The translations under genes were made by a program, and so were the position numbers. This document shows, one piece after another, positions 18,450 through 28,801 of a stretch of DNA of 52,969 nt. Each line of letters opens with the position of its first letter. Position 1 is the stretch's first letter. Under the pieces are notes generated by a model, which was not told the origin of the DNA, did not search any database, and saw nothing but the letters and a program-made list of their open reading frames with translations. This DNA comes from an uncultured Deinococcaceae bacterium (GTDB taxonomy: Bacteria > Deinococcota > Deinococci > Deinococcales > Deinococcaceae): contig CAXULY010000038.1 of the NCBI GenBank assembly GCA_964252075.1, positions 1-52,969 on the forward strand, in the 5' to 3' direction.

Positions 18450-18490
18450 TTGTGAACCTCACGGGCGCCGGTCAGGCGCGGGGTCGGGCG

Positions 18491-18499
18491 TGGTACAAT
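18491..18499 (+). promoter_or_regulatory. Extended -10 promoter of infC
   Basis: TGGTACAAT (TGn-TACAAT). Confidence 0.6.
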
Positions 18500-18561
18500 G
18501 GGGAGGTCAGCCCACTGGGCGAGCGGCGTCACAGACAGTGATGCACGCGGAGGTGATGAGC

Positions 18562-19140
<579 letters not shown>

Positions 19141-19155
19141 CGCACCTGAACGACC

Positions 19156-19183
19156 GGGCCGCCCCCATCCCTGGGGGCGGCCC
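19156..19183 (+). terminator. Hairpin after infC (no U-tract)
   Basis: GGGCCGCCCCCA-TCCC-TGGGGGCGGCCC, 12-bp stem. Confidence 0.55.
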
Positions 19184-19200
19184 TCGTGCTGCGCTGGCCC

Positions 19201-19230
19201 TTGCCGGGCGCGCCCCTCATGCCGTACACT
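19201..19230 (+). promoter_or_regulatory. Separate promoter for rpmI-rplT
   Basis: TTGCCG-18 nt-TACACT. Confidence 0.6.
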
Positions 19231-19354
19231 CTTAAAGTTGCCGTGACGGGCAACCAAGCAGGGTCCGGGTAACCAACAGCCTCCGAGCCGAACAGGCCGC
19301 GCTGACCCGCCCCTCAGGAGGCGCCCGCAGGGTGACCTTCTCGAAAGGACAGTC

Positions 19355-19555
<201 letters not shown>

Positions 19556-19560
19556 ATTAG

Positions 19561-19923
<363 letters not shown>

Positions 19924-19942
19924 CACACCCCGAGCAGTTCCG

Positions 19943-19968
19943 ACGGCCCCCACCCGGGGGCCGTTTTT
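19943..19968 (+). terminator. Intrinsic terminator after rplT
   Basis: ACGGCCCCC-ACCC-GGGGGCCGT followed by a T run. Confidence 0.85.
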
Positions 19969-20064
19969 CGTTGCGCCGCCCCTGGGAACGGATGAGGTCA
20001 CGCTTCAGCTTGCCGGGGTGCCTCCCGGACCAGCGGCGCGGCGCGATGCTCTAAGCTGTGGCGC

Positions 20065-20829
<765 letters not shown>

Positions 20830-20830
20830 A

Positions 20831-20868
20831 GCGCGGGGGCGCCCGGTGGCCACCGGGCGCCCCCGCGC
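20831..20868. repeat. Perfect 38-bp palindrome between convergent genes
   Basis: GCGCGGGGGCGCCCGGTGG|CCACCGGGCGCCCCCGCGC with no spacer. Confidence 0.9.
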
Positions 20869-20878
20869 GGCCCCTCCC

Positions 20879-21919
20879 TCAGTCCTTGCTGAGCAGGTAC
20901 GCGCGCGGCCAGTGCCCGCCGCTGAACACCCTGAACAGTTCCCGCACGCGCCAGCGGTCCTGGTCCGCGAGGAGGCCCTCGAAGAGCCGCACCTCGTGCG
21001 TGAGGACCGCGAGGCGGCCCTGCCGGGACAGCAGGCGGTGCATCTCCGCCAGGAACTGCGGGTAGAGGGCCTCGTTGCCGCGGTGACTGCCGATCGCGTC
21101 GCCCCACGGGAGGTCCGCGACGATCAGGTCGAAGCTGCGCGCGGGCAGGCCCGTCGCGAGGGCGTCCACCTCCGCGATCTCGATGTCGCGCTTCGCAGCC
21201 CTGACGTTCTGCTGCGCACACGCCACCGCCGCCGGGTCAAGGTCCACGCCCACCATCGCGGCGGTCGGGCCGAGCAGCGAGCGCTCGATCAGCAGGGTGC
21301 CGGACCCACACATCGGGTTGAACACGCGGTCCGATTCCCGCAGGCCGCTCGCGCGGTGCAGGGCGGACGCGATGGTGGCGTTCAGGCCGCCCGCCATGTT
21401 GCACGCCCGCCAGGGCCGCGCGGACAGGGGGCGCGGCGTGATGCGCGCCAGCACCGTCCAGCCGCCGTCCTCGGGGTGCAGGCGCAGCAGCAGCTCGCCC
21501 TCCTGCGGGTCGAACGGCAGGTTCAGCGCGGCGCTGAGGCCTTCCGCGAGGCGCGCGTAGACTTCGGAGTCCTTCCCGGCGGCGCTGAAGCGGAAGCTCT
21601 GGTGGCCGCCCAGGCGCGCCAACTCACCCGCGAACGCCGCGAGCTGCCCGAGCTGCTGGTGGCCGAGCAGGCCGCGCGGGCGCGGCACGTCGAAGTGCGC
21701 GACGCGGTACACCGCCACGCTCGTCCGCAGGCGCGCGAGCCGCGCGAGGTCCCCCGCGAAGCTGAAGCGCAGGCCCTCCGGGTCCAGCAGCCGCGCGCCC
21801 CGCACCTCCTGCAGTTCGGCGCGCGCGTAGGGCTCCAGGCCAGGCAGCACCTCCAGTTCGAGCGTCTCGGGTGGGGCGGCAGGGGCGCGGGGTCGGCGGG
21901 GGGGCTTGCGTGGCGGCAT
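20879..21919 (-). CDS. Class I SAM-dependent RNA methyltransferase (UPF0020/Trm14/RlmL-like)
   Basis: NPMCGSGTLLIE, DLPWG. TATACT -10 box 8 nt before ATG 21919. Confidence 0.85.
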   Translation of the reverse strand: MPPRKPPRRPRAPAAPPETLELEVLPGLEPYARAELQEVRGARLLDPEGLRFSFAGDLARLARLRTSVAVYRVAHFDVPRPRGLLGHQQLGQLAAFAGELARLGGHQSFRFSAAGKDSEVYARLAEGLSAALNLPFDPQEGELLLRLHPEDGGWTVLARITPRPLSARPWRACNMAGGLNATIASALHRASGLRESDRVFNPMCGSGTLLIERSLLGPTAAMVGVDLDPAAVACAQQNVRAAKRDIEIAEVDALATGLPARSFDLIVADLPWGDAIGSHRGNEALYPQFLAEMHRLLSRQGRLAVLTHEVRLFEGLLADQDRWRVRELFRVFSGGHWPRAYLLSKD

Positions 21920-21998
21920 GGCCCCACAGTATAGGGGGTGGCTGGCGGTGCGGGCGGGCGGCGCCCGCCGGGTGGGCGCTGTACAATCACGCCGACGC

Positions 21999-23345
21999 AT
22001 GCTGTCCCGCCGCCTGAAGCGCTTCTCGCCCCCGCAGCTCATCGCGCTGTCCTTCGCGGTCACCATCGCGCTGGGCAGCGCGCTCCTCGCCCTGCCGTTC
22101 GCGCACCGCTCCGGGCAATCGCCGGGCCTGCTGCAGAACCTCTTCACCGCGACGAGCGCCGTGTGCATCACGGGCCTGAGCGTCGTGGATATCGGGAAGA
22201 CGTACAACACCTTCGGCCAAGTGCTGATCCTGCTGCTCGTGCAGGTGGGCGGGCTGGGCATCATCACCTTCGGGACGCTGTTCGCCTTCTTCGCGGGGCG
22301 GCGCATCAACTTCAGTGAACGCATCCGCCTCGCGCAGCAGCTGAACGCGCTGGACGTGGGGGGCGTCATCACCCTGCTGCGCAAGATCGTGCTGTACACC
22401 CTCACCATCGAGGCGGCCGGGACGCTGCTGCTCGCACTGCGCCTCGTGCCGCGCGAGGGGCTGGGGCAGGGGCTGTACTTCGCGCTCTTCCACAGCGTGA
22501 GCGCCTTCAACAGCGCGGGCTTCTCGCTGTACCCGGACAGCCTGATGTCCTTCGCCAGCGACCCCATCGTGAGCCTCACGGTGACGCTGCTGGTGCTGCT
22601 GGGCGGCCTGGGATTCCTGGTGCAGGTGAACGTCGTGGGGGCGCTGCGGCGCGGTCGGGCGCAGCGCCTCAGCGTGTACTCCCGCCTCGTGCTGAGCCTC
22701 ACGCTGGCGCTGCTGCTCATCGGCGCGGTGGGCGTGGCGGCGCTGGAGTGGTCAAACCCCCGCACGCTCGGCGCACTGCCGCTGCACGGCAAGCTGCTCG
22801 CGAGCCTGCTGGGCTCCGCCACAACGCGCTCGGCGGGCTTCAACAGCCTGGACTTCTCGCTCGCGCGGCCCGCCACGCTGCTCCTCACACTCGGCCTGAT
22901 GTTCATCGGCGCGAACCCCGGCAGCACGGGCGGCGGCATCAAGACCACCACCTTCTTCGTGCTGCTGGGGTCCGCGTGGAGCCTCGTGCGCGGGCGCGGG
23001 GAACTCGTGGTGTTCGGGCGGACCATTGACCGCGACACCGTCATGCGGGCCCTCACAGTCGCGCTGCTGAGCGTCGTGCTGGTGAGCGTGATGTTCTTCG
23101 GGCTGCTCCTCACGAACCCGCGCCTGCCGTTCCTGAACCTGCTGTTCGAGGCGGTCTCCGCGTTCGGCACGGTGGGCCTCAGCCTGAACACCACACCGCA
23201 CGTGAACGGCGCGGGGCAGGTCATCCTGATCCTGCTGATGTACCTGGGCCGCATCGGGCCGCTCACCTTCGCGGTGGCGTTCGGCCTGCGCGCGGGGCGC
23301 GAGGTCGTCCGTTACCCCGCCGAGCGGGATATCCTGATCGGCTAG
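21999..23345 (+). CDS. trkH: TrkH/KtrB potassium uptake membrane subunit
   Basis: TSAVCITGL, SAFNSAGF, GSTGGGIK, SAFGTVGLS, GRIGPLT. Confidence 0.93.
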   Translation: MLSRRLKRFSPPQLIALSFAVTIALGSALLALPFAHRSGQSPGLLQNLFTATSAVCITGLSVVDIGKTYNTFGQVLILLLVQVGGLGIITFGTLFAFFAGRRINFSERIRLAQQLNALDVGGVITLLRKIVLYTLTIEAAGTLLLALRLVPREGLGQGLYFALFHSVSAFNSAGFSLYPDSLMSFASDPIVSLTVTLLVLLGGLGFLVQVNVVGALRRGRAQRLSVYSRLVLSLTLALLLIGAVGVAALEWSNPRTLGALPLHGKLLASLLGSATTRSAGFNSLDFSLARPATLLLTLGLMFIGANPGSTGGGIKTTTFFVLLGSAWSLVRGRGELVVFGRTIDRDTVMRALTVALLSVVLVSVMFFGLLLTNPRLPFLNLLFEAVSAFGTVGLSLNTTPHVNGAGQVILILLMYLGRIGPLTFAVAFGLRAGREVVRYPAERDILIG

Positions 23346-23373
23346 GGGGCACCACGCGCCCAGAGGGGAAGCC

Positions 23374-24033
23374 ATGAAAGTCAAGCAATGTCTGGTGATC
23401 GGCCTGGGGCGCTTCGGCACCGCCGTCGCCACCACCCTGTACGAGATGGGCCACGAAGTGGTGGCCGTGGATACGGTCGAGGACAACGTCGAGCGCGTCG
23501 TGAACCTCGTGACGCACGCCGCCATCCTGGACGCCACCGACGAACGCGCCCTGCGGTCCCTCGGCATTCCGGAGTTCGACGTGGTGGTCGTCGCGATCGG
23601 CACGGACATCCAGGCGAACATCCTCGCGACCCTGTCCGTGAAGAGCCTCGGCGCGCCGTACGTGGTGTGCAAGGCGATTGATGACATGGCGCGGCGGGTG
23701 CTGGAGAAGGTCGGCGCGGACCTCGTGATCCGCCCGGAGCACGACATGGGTGTGCGCCTCGCGCGGCAGCTCGCCACGCCGAACGTCGTGGATTCCCTGG
23801 ACCTCGGCAGCGATTACGCCATCGTGGAGATCGAGGTGAACGAGCGCCTGCGCGGCAACCTGCGGGAGCTGAACCTCCCCAGCCGCTTCGGCGTGCAGGT
23901 GATCGCCGTGAACCGCGCGGGCCGCGTGGAGATCACGCCGCGCGCCGAGGACGAACTCCGGCCGCACGACAAGCTGGTGGTGGTGGGCAACAGCCACTCC
24001 ATCGAGGAACTGCGCCGGTACCTCGGGAACTGA
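23374..24033 (+). CDS. trkA: TrkA/KtrA RCK regulatory subunit
   Basis: VIGLGRFG nucleotide-binding motif, TrkA-C domain; adjacent to trkH. Confidence 0.93.
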   Translation: MKVKQCLVIGLGRFGTAVATTLYEMGHEVVAVDTVEDNVERVVNLVTHAAILDATDERALRSLGIPEFDVVVVAIGTDIQANILATLSVKSLGAPYVVCKAIDDMARRVLEKVGADLVIRPEHDMGVRLARQLATPNVVDSLDLGSDYAIVEIEVNERLRGNLRELNLPSRFGVQVIAVNRAGRVEITPRAEDELRPHDKLVVVGNSHSIEELRRYLGN

Positions 24034-24047
24034 TGGACAGGAGGAGC

Positions 24048-24581
24048 ATGCAGCACAGCGAACACGCCGTTCCCAGCGTCACCTTCGTGCCTCAGGATGA
24101 GGCCACCCTGCAGGCGCTCGCCTCGGGCGACCTCGCCGCCGCGCGCGCGGCCACGGCCACGCCGCTCAATCCGTACTTCGTGGGCGCCGACACGCGCTGG
24201 CTGTGGCAGATGCGACTGGATCAGGTGCGCGCCGACCCCCCAAGCCTCCCGTGGATCGCGCGCGTCGCGCTCGACGCGCGGACCGGGACGCCCGTCGGCA
24301 TCGGGGGATTCCACGGCCCACCGGACGCCTCGGGCATGGTGGAGGTCGGGTACAGCGTGGACCCCGAGCAGCGGCGGCGCGGGTACGCGCGCGCCATCCT
24401 GCGCGCCCTGCTGGAGCGCGCGGCGGGCGAATCCAGCGTCCGCACGGTGCGCGCCAGCATCCGCCCGGACAACGCCGCGTCGCTCGCCACCATCGCTCCG
24501 TTCGGCTTCACGCAGGTGGGGGAGCAGTGGGACGAGGTGGACGGCCTCGAACTGATCTTTGAGGTGCCCGCAGGGCGCTAG
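24048..24581 (+). CDS. GNAT acetyltransferase (RimJ/RimL-like)
   Basis: VEVGYSV...RRRGYA...NAAS; AGGAGG RBS before ATG 24048. Confidence 0.85.
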   Translation: MQHSEHAVPSVTFVPQDEATLQALASGDLAAARAATATPLNPYFVGADTRWLWQMRLDQVRADPPSLPWIARVALDARTGTPVGIGGFHGPPDASGMVEVGYSVDPEQRRRGYARAILRALLERAAGESSVRTVRASIRPDNAASLATIAPFGFTQVGEQWDEVDGLELIFEVPAGR

Positions 24582-24587
24582 GCGCGG

Positions 24588-26033
24588 TCAGGCGTTCACG
24601 AACGTCGCCTGCTCCTCGGCGGGCAGGGCCGCCAGCACCCGCTGCATCACGAGTTCCACCGCCTGATCGGCCGCCTCGTCGAAGGACAGGCCGTTCAGGC
24701 CCGGCACCGCGCTGCGCGCCGCCAGGCCCATCAGGTACTGCTGCAGGTGCCGGATCTCCCGGAAGTACTTCAGGTAGTGCCCGGCGGGGCGGTGCTGCAG
24801 CGTCTCGCGGTCGCGCGTCTCGAAGTGACGGCGGTGCTCGTCCTCGTCCGTGAGGGTCACCAGCATGGGCACCACGATCGCGCCCTCGAAGGCGTCCAGG
24901 TCCAGGAAGCCCGGCACGAGGTGCACGCCCTCCAGCACCGCCGAGGTGTTCTCCTCGATGCTGCGCCGCACGATGGCGCTCACGCCGACCGACACCTGCT
25001 GCGCCTGCTCCCTAAACCCCGCCAGCAGTTGGCTCTCGGTGGGGTGCCGCGGGCGTTCCTGACCGGGGTCCAGCATGACCTCCCAGGCGTTGAAGGTGCT
25101 GGCGTGCAGGGTCGGCACGAGTGCCGGGCTGATCATGGCGCGCATCACCTGCCGGATGGAGTCCGTGGACACCACCCGCGTGATGTTCAGGCGGTACGCC
25201 AGCTCGGACGCCAGGAAGCTCTTCCCGGTGCCGCTCACGCCGCCCAGCAGCACGATCACGGGCTTCGGGGGGCGCCGCACGATGCGCAGCAGGCGGAAGC
25301 GGTCCGCGAGTTCCGGCCCGATCTGCTGGCGCAGCAGCGTCTCGGCGGTCTCGCTGATCTGCTCCTGGCTCACGAGGCGGTCCTCGGCGCCGCGCAGGCG
25401 CTGCTGCGTGGCGCGCGCGATCTTGCGCGCGGAGTCCGGCGACGCGCCCGCCGCGAGCAGCGACTTCGCCAGGATGCCCTTCGAGAACGGCACGGGGTTC
25501 CCGCCCGCCGACTCGATCACGCCGATGCGCCCGCGGTTGCGCCGCAGGAAGCGGTACGTGAGCTGCAGGCGCTCCCCGTAGCGCTCCAGCAGCGCGCGCT
25601 CCGCTTCCTCCTCCACCTCGCGCGTGGGGATCTGGTGGCGGCCCTGCTCGCGCAGGCGCACATCCACGGCGCTCGCCACGCCGTAGGCCTCGCGCGGCGG
25701 CAGGCCGGTGTCCTCCAAGCTGCGCGCCAGCACGCCGCGCGAGAAGGGCCGCTTGCCCACCATGATGTCCTGGAAGGCGGAGGTCTGCCGCGCGACGCGC
25801 CCCCCCACCTCGTCGCCCAGGGCGCGCGCCGCGAGCGTCACGAGTTCCGCCTTGAGCTCCTCCGGGCTGAGCACGCGGCGACCGACGTCCAGCAGGTGCT
25901 GCTCGAGGCTGCGCGAGAGGGCGGCGGCGGCCTCCACCTCCACGCCCGCCGTGACGAGCGTCTCGGTGATGAGCCCTTTCGAGAAGGGGAAGCGGTGTCC
26001 GCCCTGCTCAATGTGAATTTCCCGCTGGGTCAC
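24588..26033 (-). CDS. 2-phosphoglycerate kinase-like P-loop kinase with three ATP-cone-like repeats
   Basis: PFSKG/PFSRG/PFSKG repeats, GGVSGTGKS, STDSIRQVMR, EGVHLVPG. TAGAAT, then AAGGAGG, then GTG 26033. Confidence 0.85.
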   Translation of the reverse strand: MTQREIHIEQGGHRFPFSKGLITETLVTAGVEVEAAAALSRSLEQHLLDVGRRVLSPEELKAELVTLAARALGDEVGGRVARQTSAFQDIMVGKRPFSRGVLARSLEDTGLPPREAYGVASAVDVRLREQGRHQIPTREVEEEAERALLERYGERLQLTYRFLRRNRGRIGVIESAGGNPVPFSKGILAKSLLAAGASPDSARKIARATQQRLRGAEDRLVSQEQISETAETLLRQQIGPELADRFRLLRIVRRPPKPVIVLLGGVSGTGKSFLASELAYRLNITRVVSTDSIRQVMRAMISPALVPTLHASTFNAWEVMLDPGQERPRHPTESQLLAGFREQAQQVSVGVSAIVRRSIEENTSAVLEGVHLVPGFLDLDAFEGAIVVPMLVTLTDEDEHRRHFETRDRETLQHRPAGHYLKYFREIRHLQQYLMGLAARSAVPGLNGLSFDEAADQAVELVMQRVLAALPAEEQATFVNA

Positions 26034-26096
26034 GCCCCCACCTCCTTGGAACCGGGTCATTCTAGAGCGCCGAAGGGCAACATGGGGCGCCCAGGG

Positions 26097-26699
26097 TCAT
26101 CGGCGCAGCACGCCACCCAGGGAGTACTCGAGGTTCAGGCGCATCTCTTCTTGCAGGGTGCGGTCCGAACCGTAGGCACTCCAGCGCAGCGCGGTCAGCA
26201 GGTACGTGTCCGCAATGAGGTTGCACATGCGCCGCAGGCTGAGGTCCGTGCGCAGGTCCCCGGCGCGCTGCATGGGCGTGAGGATCTCCTCGACCACCTG
26301 GCTGAGCGGCAGGGACTCGTACGCGACGCGCGCGCGCTCCGGGTCGGGGTTCATGACCTCGTACGCCAGGGGCGGGATGAGGTCGCGGTCGCGGGTGTTC
26401 TCGGCGGCGAGGGCGTCCCAGACCTCGCGCAGCACGTCGAGGGGCGGGATGCCCGCCGCGAGGCGCTCGCCCGCCAGGGCGCGCAGGCGCTCCATGAAGT
26501 CCGCGCCGTAATCGAGCAGCACGGCTTCCTTGTAGGGGTAGTAATTGAAGAAGGTGCCGCGCGAGACGTTGGACGCCCGCGCGATGTCCGTGGCGGTGGT
26601 CGCCTGGAAGCCGGTGCGCCGGAACAGCTCGATGGCGACCGCGTAGATGCGGGCGCGCCGCTTCTCCTTCTGTCGCTCGCGCAGGCTGATGGAATCCAT
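26097..26699 (-). CDS. TetR/AcrR family regulator
   Basis: LRERQK...DIARASNVSRGTFFNYYPYKE. TATAAT -10 box upstream. Confidence 0.92.
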   Translation of the reverse strand: MDSISLRERQKEKRRARIYAVAIELFRRTGFQATTATDIARASNVSRGTFFNYYPYKEAVLLDYGADFMERLRALAGERLAAGIPPLDVLREVWDALAAENTRDRDLIPPLAYEVMNPDPERARVAYESLPLSQVVEEILTPMQRAGDLRTDLSLRRMCNLIADTYLLTALRWSAYGSDRTLQEEMRLNLEYSLGGVLRR

Positions 26700-26822
26700 G
26701 TCCGCCAAATTATACCGGGTCAAGCGAAGCGCGCTGAAGGACGGCCCAGAGCAGACACGCGCGCGCGGGCCCAGAGGGCCCGCGTCCTGAACCGCACGGT
26801 GGGGGAGGGGTGCGCCGCCCCG

Positions 26823-27515
26823 TCAGGGCTCGAAGCTGTCCTGGAAGGCGTAGCGGTCGCCACGCACCCAGTAGTTCACGTAGCTGACGCGCTTCGGGCC
26901 GCTGTACGTGGTGCGGCGCATCAGGAAGGCGGCGGTGCCGAGCGGCACGCGCAGCAGCTCGCTCTCCTCCTGGCGGAGGTTCACGGCCTCCAGCGTCTGC
27001 TCAACGCGCGAGAGGGTCACGCCCATGGTGACCATCACCTCGTGGATGCTCTCGGCGGCAAGGTTGTGCGCCAGCAGGTTCTGCGTGAGCTGCGCGTTGA
27101 TGTAACGCTTCTCGATGACCAGCGGCTCGTCGCCCGCGATGCGCAGGCGGTGCACGAACACCACCGGGTCGCCCGGCTGCACCTGCAGCACGATGGCGAT
27201 CTCGGGCGTCGCCTCGATCTCCATGGCGCGCAGCACGGTGGTGCGGTGGTCCGGGTGGCGCGTCCACTCCTTGAAGGGCCGCACGCGGAACATGCCCTGC
27301 CGGAAGCGCTTGCCGGTCGGGAAGGTGCCTGCGCCCTGCACGCGGTACACGTAGCCCTCGCGCTCCAGCTCGTCGATGGCGCGCCTGGCGGTCATGCGGG
27401 ACACCTCGAACTCGCGCGCGAGCTGCGGTTCGCTGGGCAGCGGCAGACCCTCGGGGTAATGCCCGCCCAGGAGGCGTTCCTTGAGCGTGGTCTTGATGAG
27501 TGGGTACTTGGCCAT
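26823..27515 (-). CDS. GntR/HutC family regulator with UTRA domain
   Basis: LPSEPQLAREFEVSRMTARRA...QGAGTF, C-terminal UTRA (RGDRY); GGAGG RBS. Confidence 0.92.
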   Translation of the reverse strand: MAKYPLIKTTLKERLLGGHYPEGLPLPSEPQLAREFEVSRMTARRAIDELEREGYVYRVQGAGTFPTGKRFRQGMFRVRPFKEWTRHPDHRTTVLRAMEIEATPEIAIVLQVQPGDPVVFVHRLRIAGDEPLVIEKRYINAQLTQNLLAHNLAAESIHEVMVTMGVTLSRVEQTLEAVNLRQEESELLRVPLGTAAFLMRRTTYSGPKRVSYVNYWVRGDRYAFQDSFEP

Positions 27516-27700
27516 GGCACCTCCGGGTTCGGCGTTGGGGCGGCGGGAGCGCGCATTCCTCAGCACGGGGCGTGGATTGTCTAGTCTAAGGGCGTGTCAA
27601 CCGCACTCATCCTTGAGGAGAACGGGATGAGTGTAGCTTAATGTATTTGTGTCCTCAGTACGCAAGGGGGGCACCTCACAGTTGAGGTCACCGCGCCCCC

Positions 27701-28693
27701 TCACCCGCCAATGTGCGACATCTCGACCTTCGGGCGCGTGCCACCCACCTCGGAGCGCTCCTCCGAGTAGCGGTCCGCCCGCGCCGACCACACGCCCTCC
27801 AGCAGCGCGAACAGCGCCTCATCCGGCGCGCCCGCGCGCAGCGGCGCGCGCAGGTCCGTGCCCTGCGCCGCGAACAGGCAGGTGTACAGCACCCCCACCG
27901 CGCTCAGCCGGGCGCGCGTGCAGTCCCCGCAGAAGGGCGCCGTCACGCTGGAAATCAGGCCCAGCTCACGCCCCTGCGCGTCCCGGTGCCGCGCCGCCAC
28001 CTCACCGCGGTACCCCGCCTCGACGGGCGTGAAGCCCTCACCCAGGCGCGCCAGCACCTCCCGGGACGGCACCACCTGATCCAGCAGCCACCCGTTGTGG
28101 TTCCCCACGTCCATGAACTCAATGAAGCGCACGCTCGCCCGGTCGCGCAGCGCCGTCCACAGGGGGCGCAGCTCCTCCTCGTTCACGCCGCGCTGCACCA
28201 CCGTGTTCACCTTCACGCCCAGCCCCACCGTGAGGGCCGCCTCGATGCCGTCCAGCACCCGCTCCGGGGACACGCCCAGGCCGTTCATGCGCCCGAACAC
28301 CTCCGGGGAGAGCGCGTCCAGACTCACCGTCACGCGCCGCAGGCCCGCCGCCTTGAGCGGCCCGGCCAGCTGGGGCAGCAGCAGGCCGTTCGTGGTCATG
28401 GCGATGTCCGTCACGCCGTCCAGCGCCGTGAGCATGCCGATCAGCTCTGGCAGGTTGCGGCGCAGCAGCGGCTCGCCGCCCGTCACACGCAGCTTCGTCA
28501 CGCCGCCCCTCACGAACAGCCGCGCGAGGCGCGCGATCTCCTCGAAGGACAGCAGTTCCTCACGCGGCAGGAAGGCGTAGTCCGGGCCGAACACCTCGCG
28601 CGGCATGCAGTAGGTGCAGCGCAGGTTGCAGCGGTCCGTGACCGAGACGCGCAGGTCGCGCAGGGGGCGACCGAGGCGGTCGGTGAGCGGCAT
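27701..28693 (-). CDS. moaA: GTP 3',8-cyclase MoaA (radical SAM)
   Basis: CNLRCTYC, TGGEP, FCGDC...C, C-terminal MSHIGG. Confidence 0.96.
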   Translation of the reverse strand: MPLTDRLGRPLRDLRVSVTDRCNLRCTYCMPREVFGPDYAFLPREELLSFEEIARLARLFVRGGVTKLRVTGGEPLLRRNLPELIGMLTALDGVTDIAMTTNGLLLPQLAGPLKAAGLRRVTVSLDALSPEVFGRMNGLGVSPERVLDGIEAALTVGLGVKVNTVVQRGVNEEELRPLWTALRDRASVRFIEFMDVGNHNGWLLDQVVPSREVLARLGEGFTPVEAGYRGEVAARHRDAQGRELGLISSVTAPFCGDCTRARLSAVGVLYTCLFAAQGTDLRAPLRAGAPDEALFALLEGVWSARADRYSEERSEVGGTRPKVEMSHIGG

Positions 28694-28801
28694 GACCCCG
28701 TTATAGCCCAGCGGCGCGCGCGGGTCGGCGGCCTGCACACGATTGGAGGGCCGACGCGCAGGCGGTAGAGTGGGCAAAGTTCATCAAGGAGGGTTCCCCG
28801 C

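Noticed and set aside
24747..27584. 945-aa plus-strand ORF and similar long antisense ORFs (16428-18455, 20879-23266, 29165-30754)
   Set aside because: Stop-free antisense frames of recognisable genes in high-GC DNA, with no motifs of their own (apart from the real methyltransferase at the end of 20879-23266).
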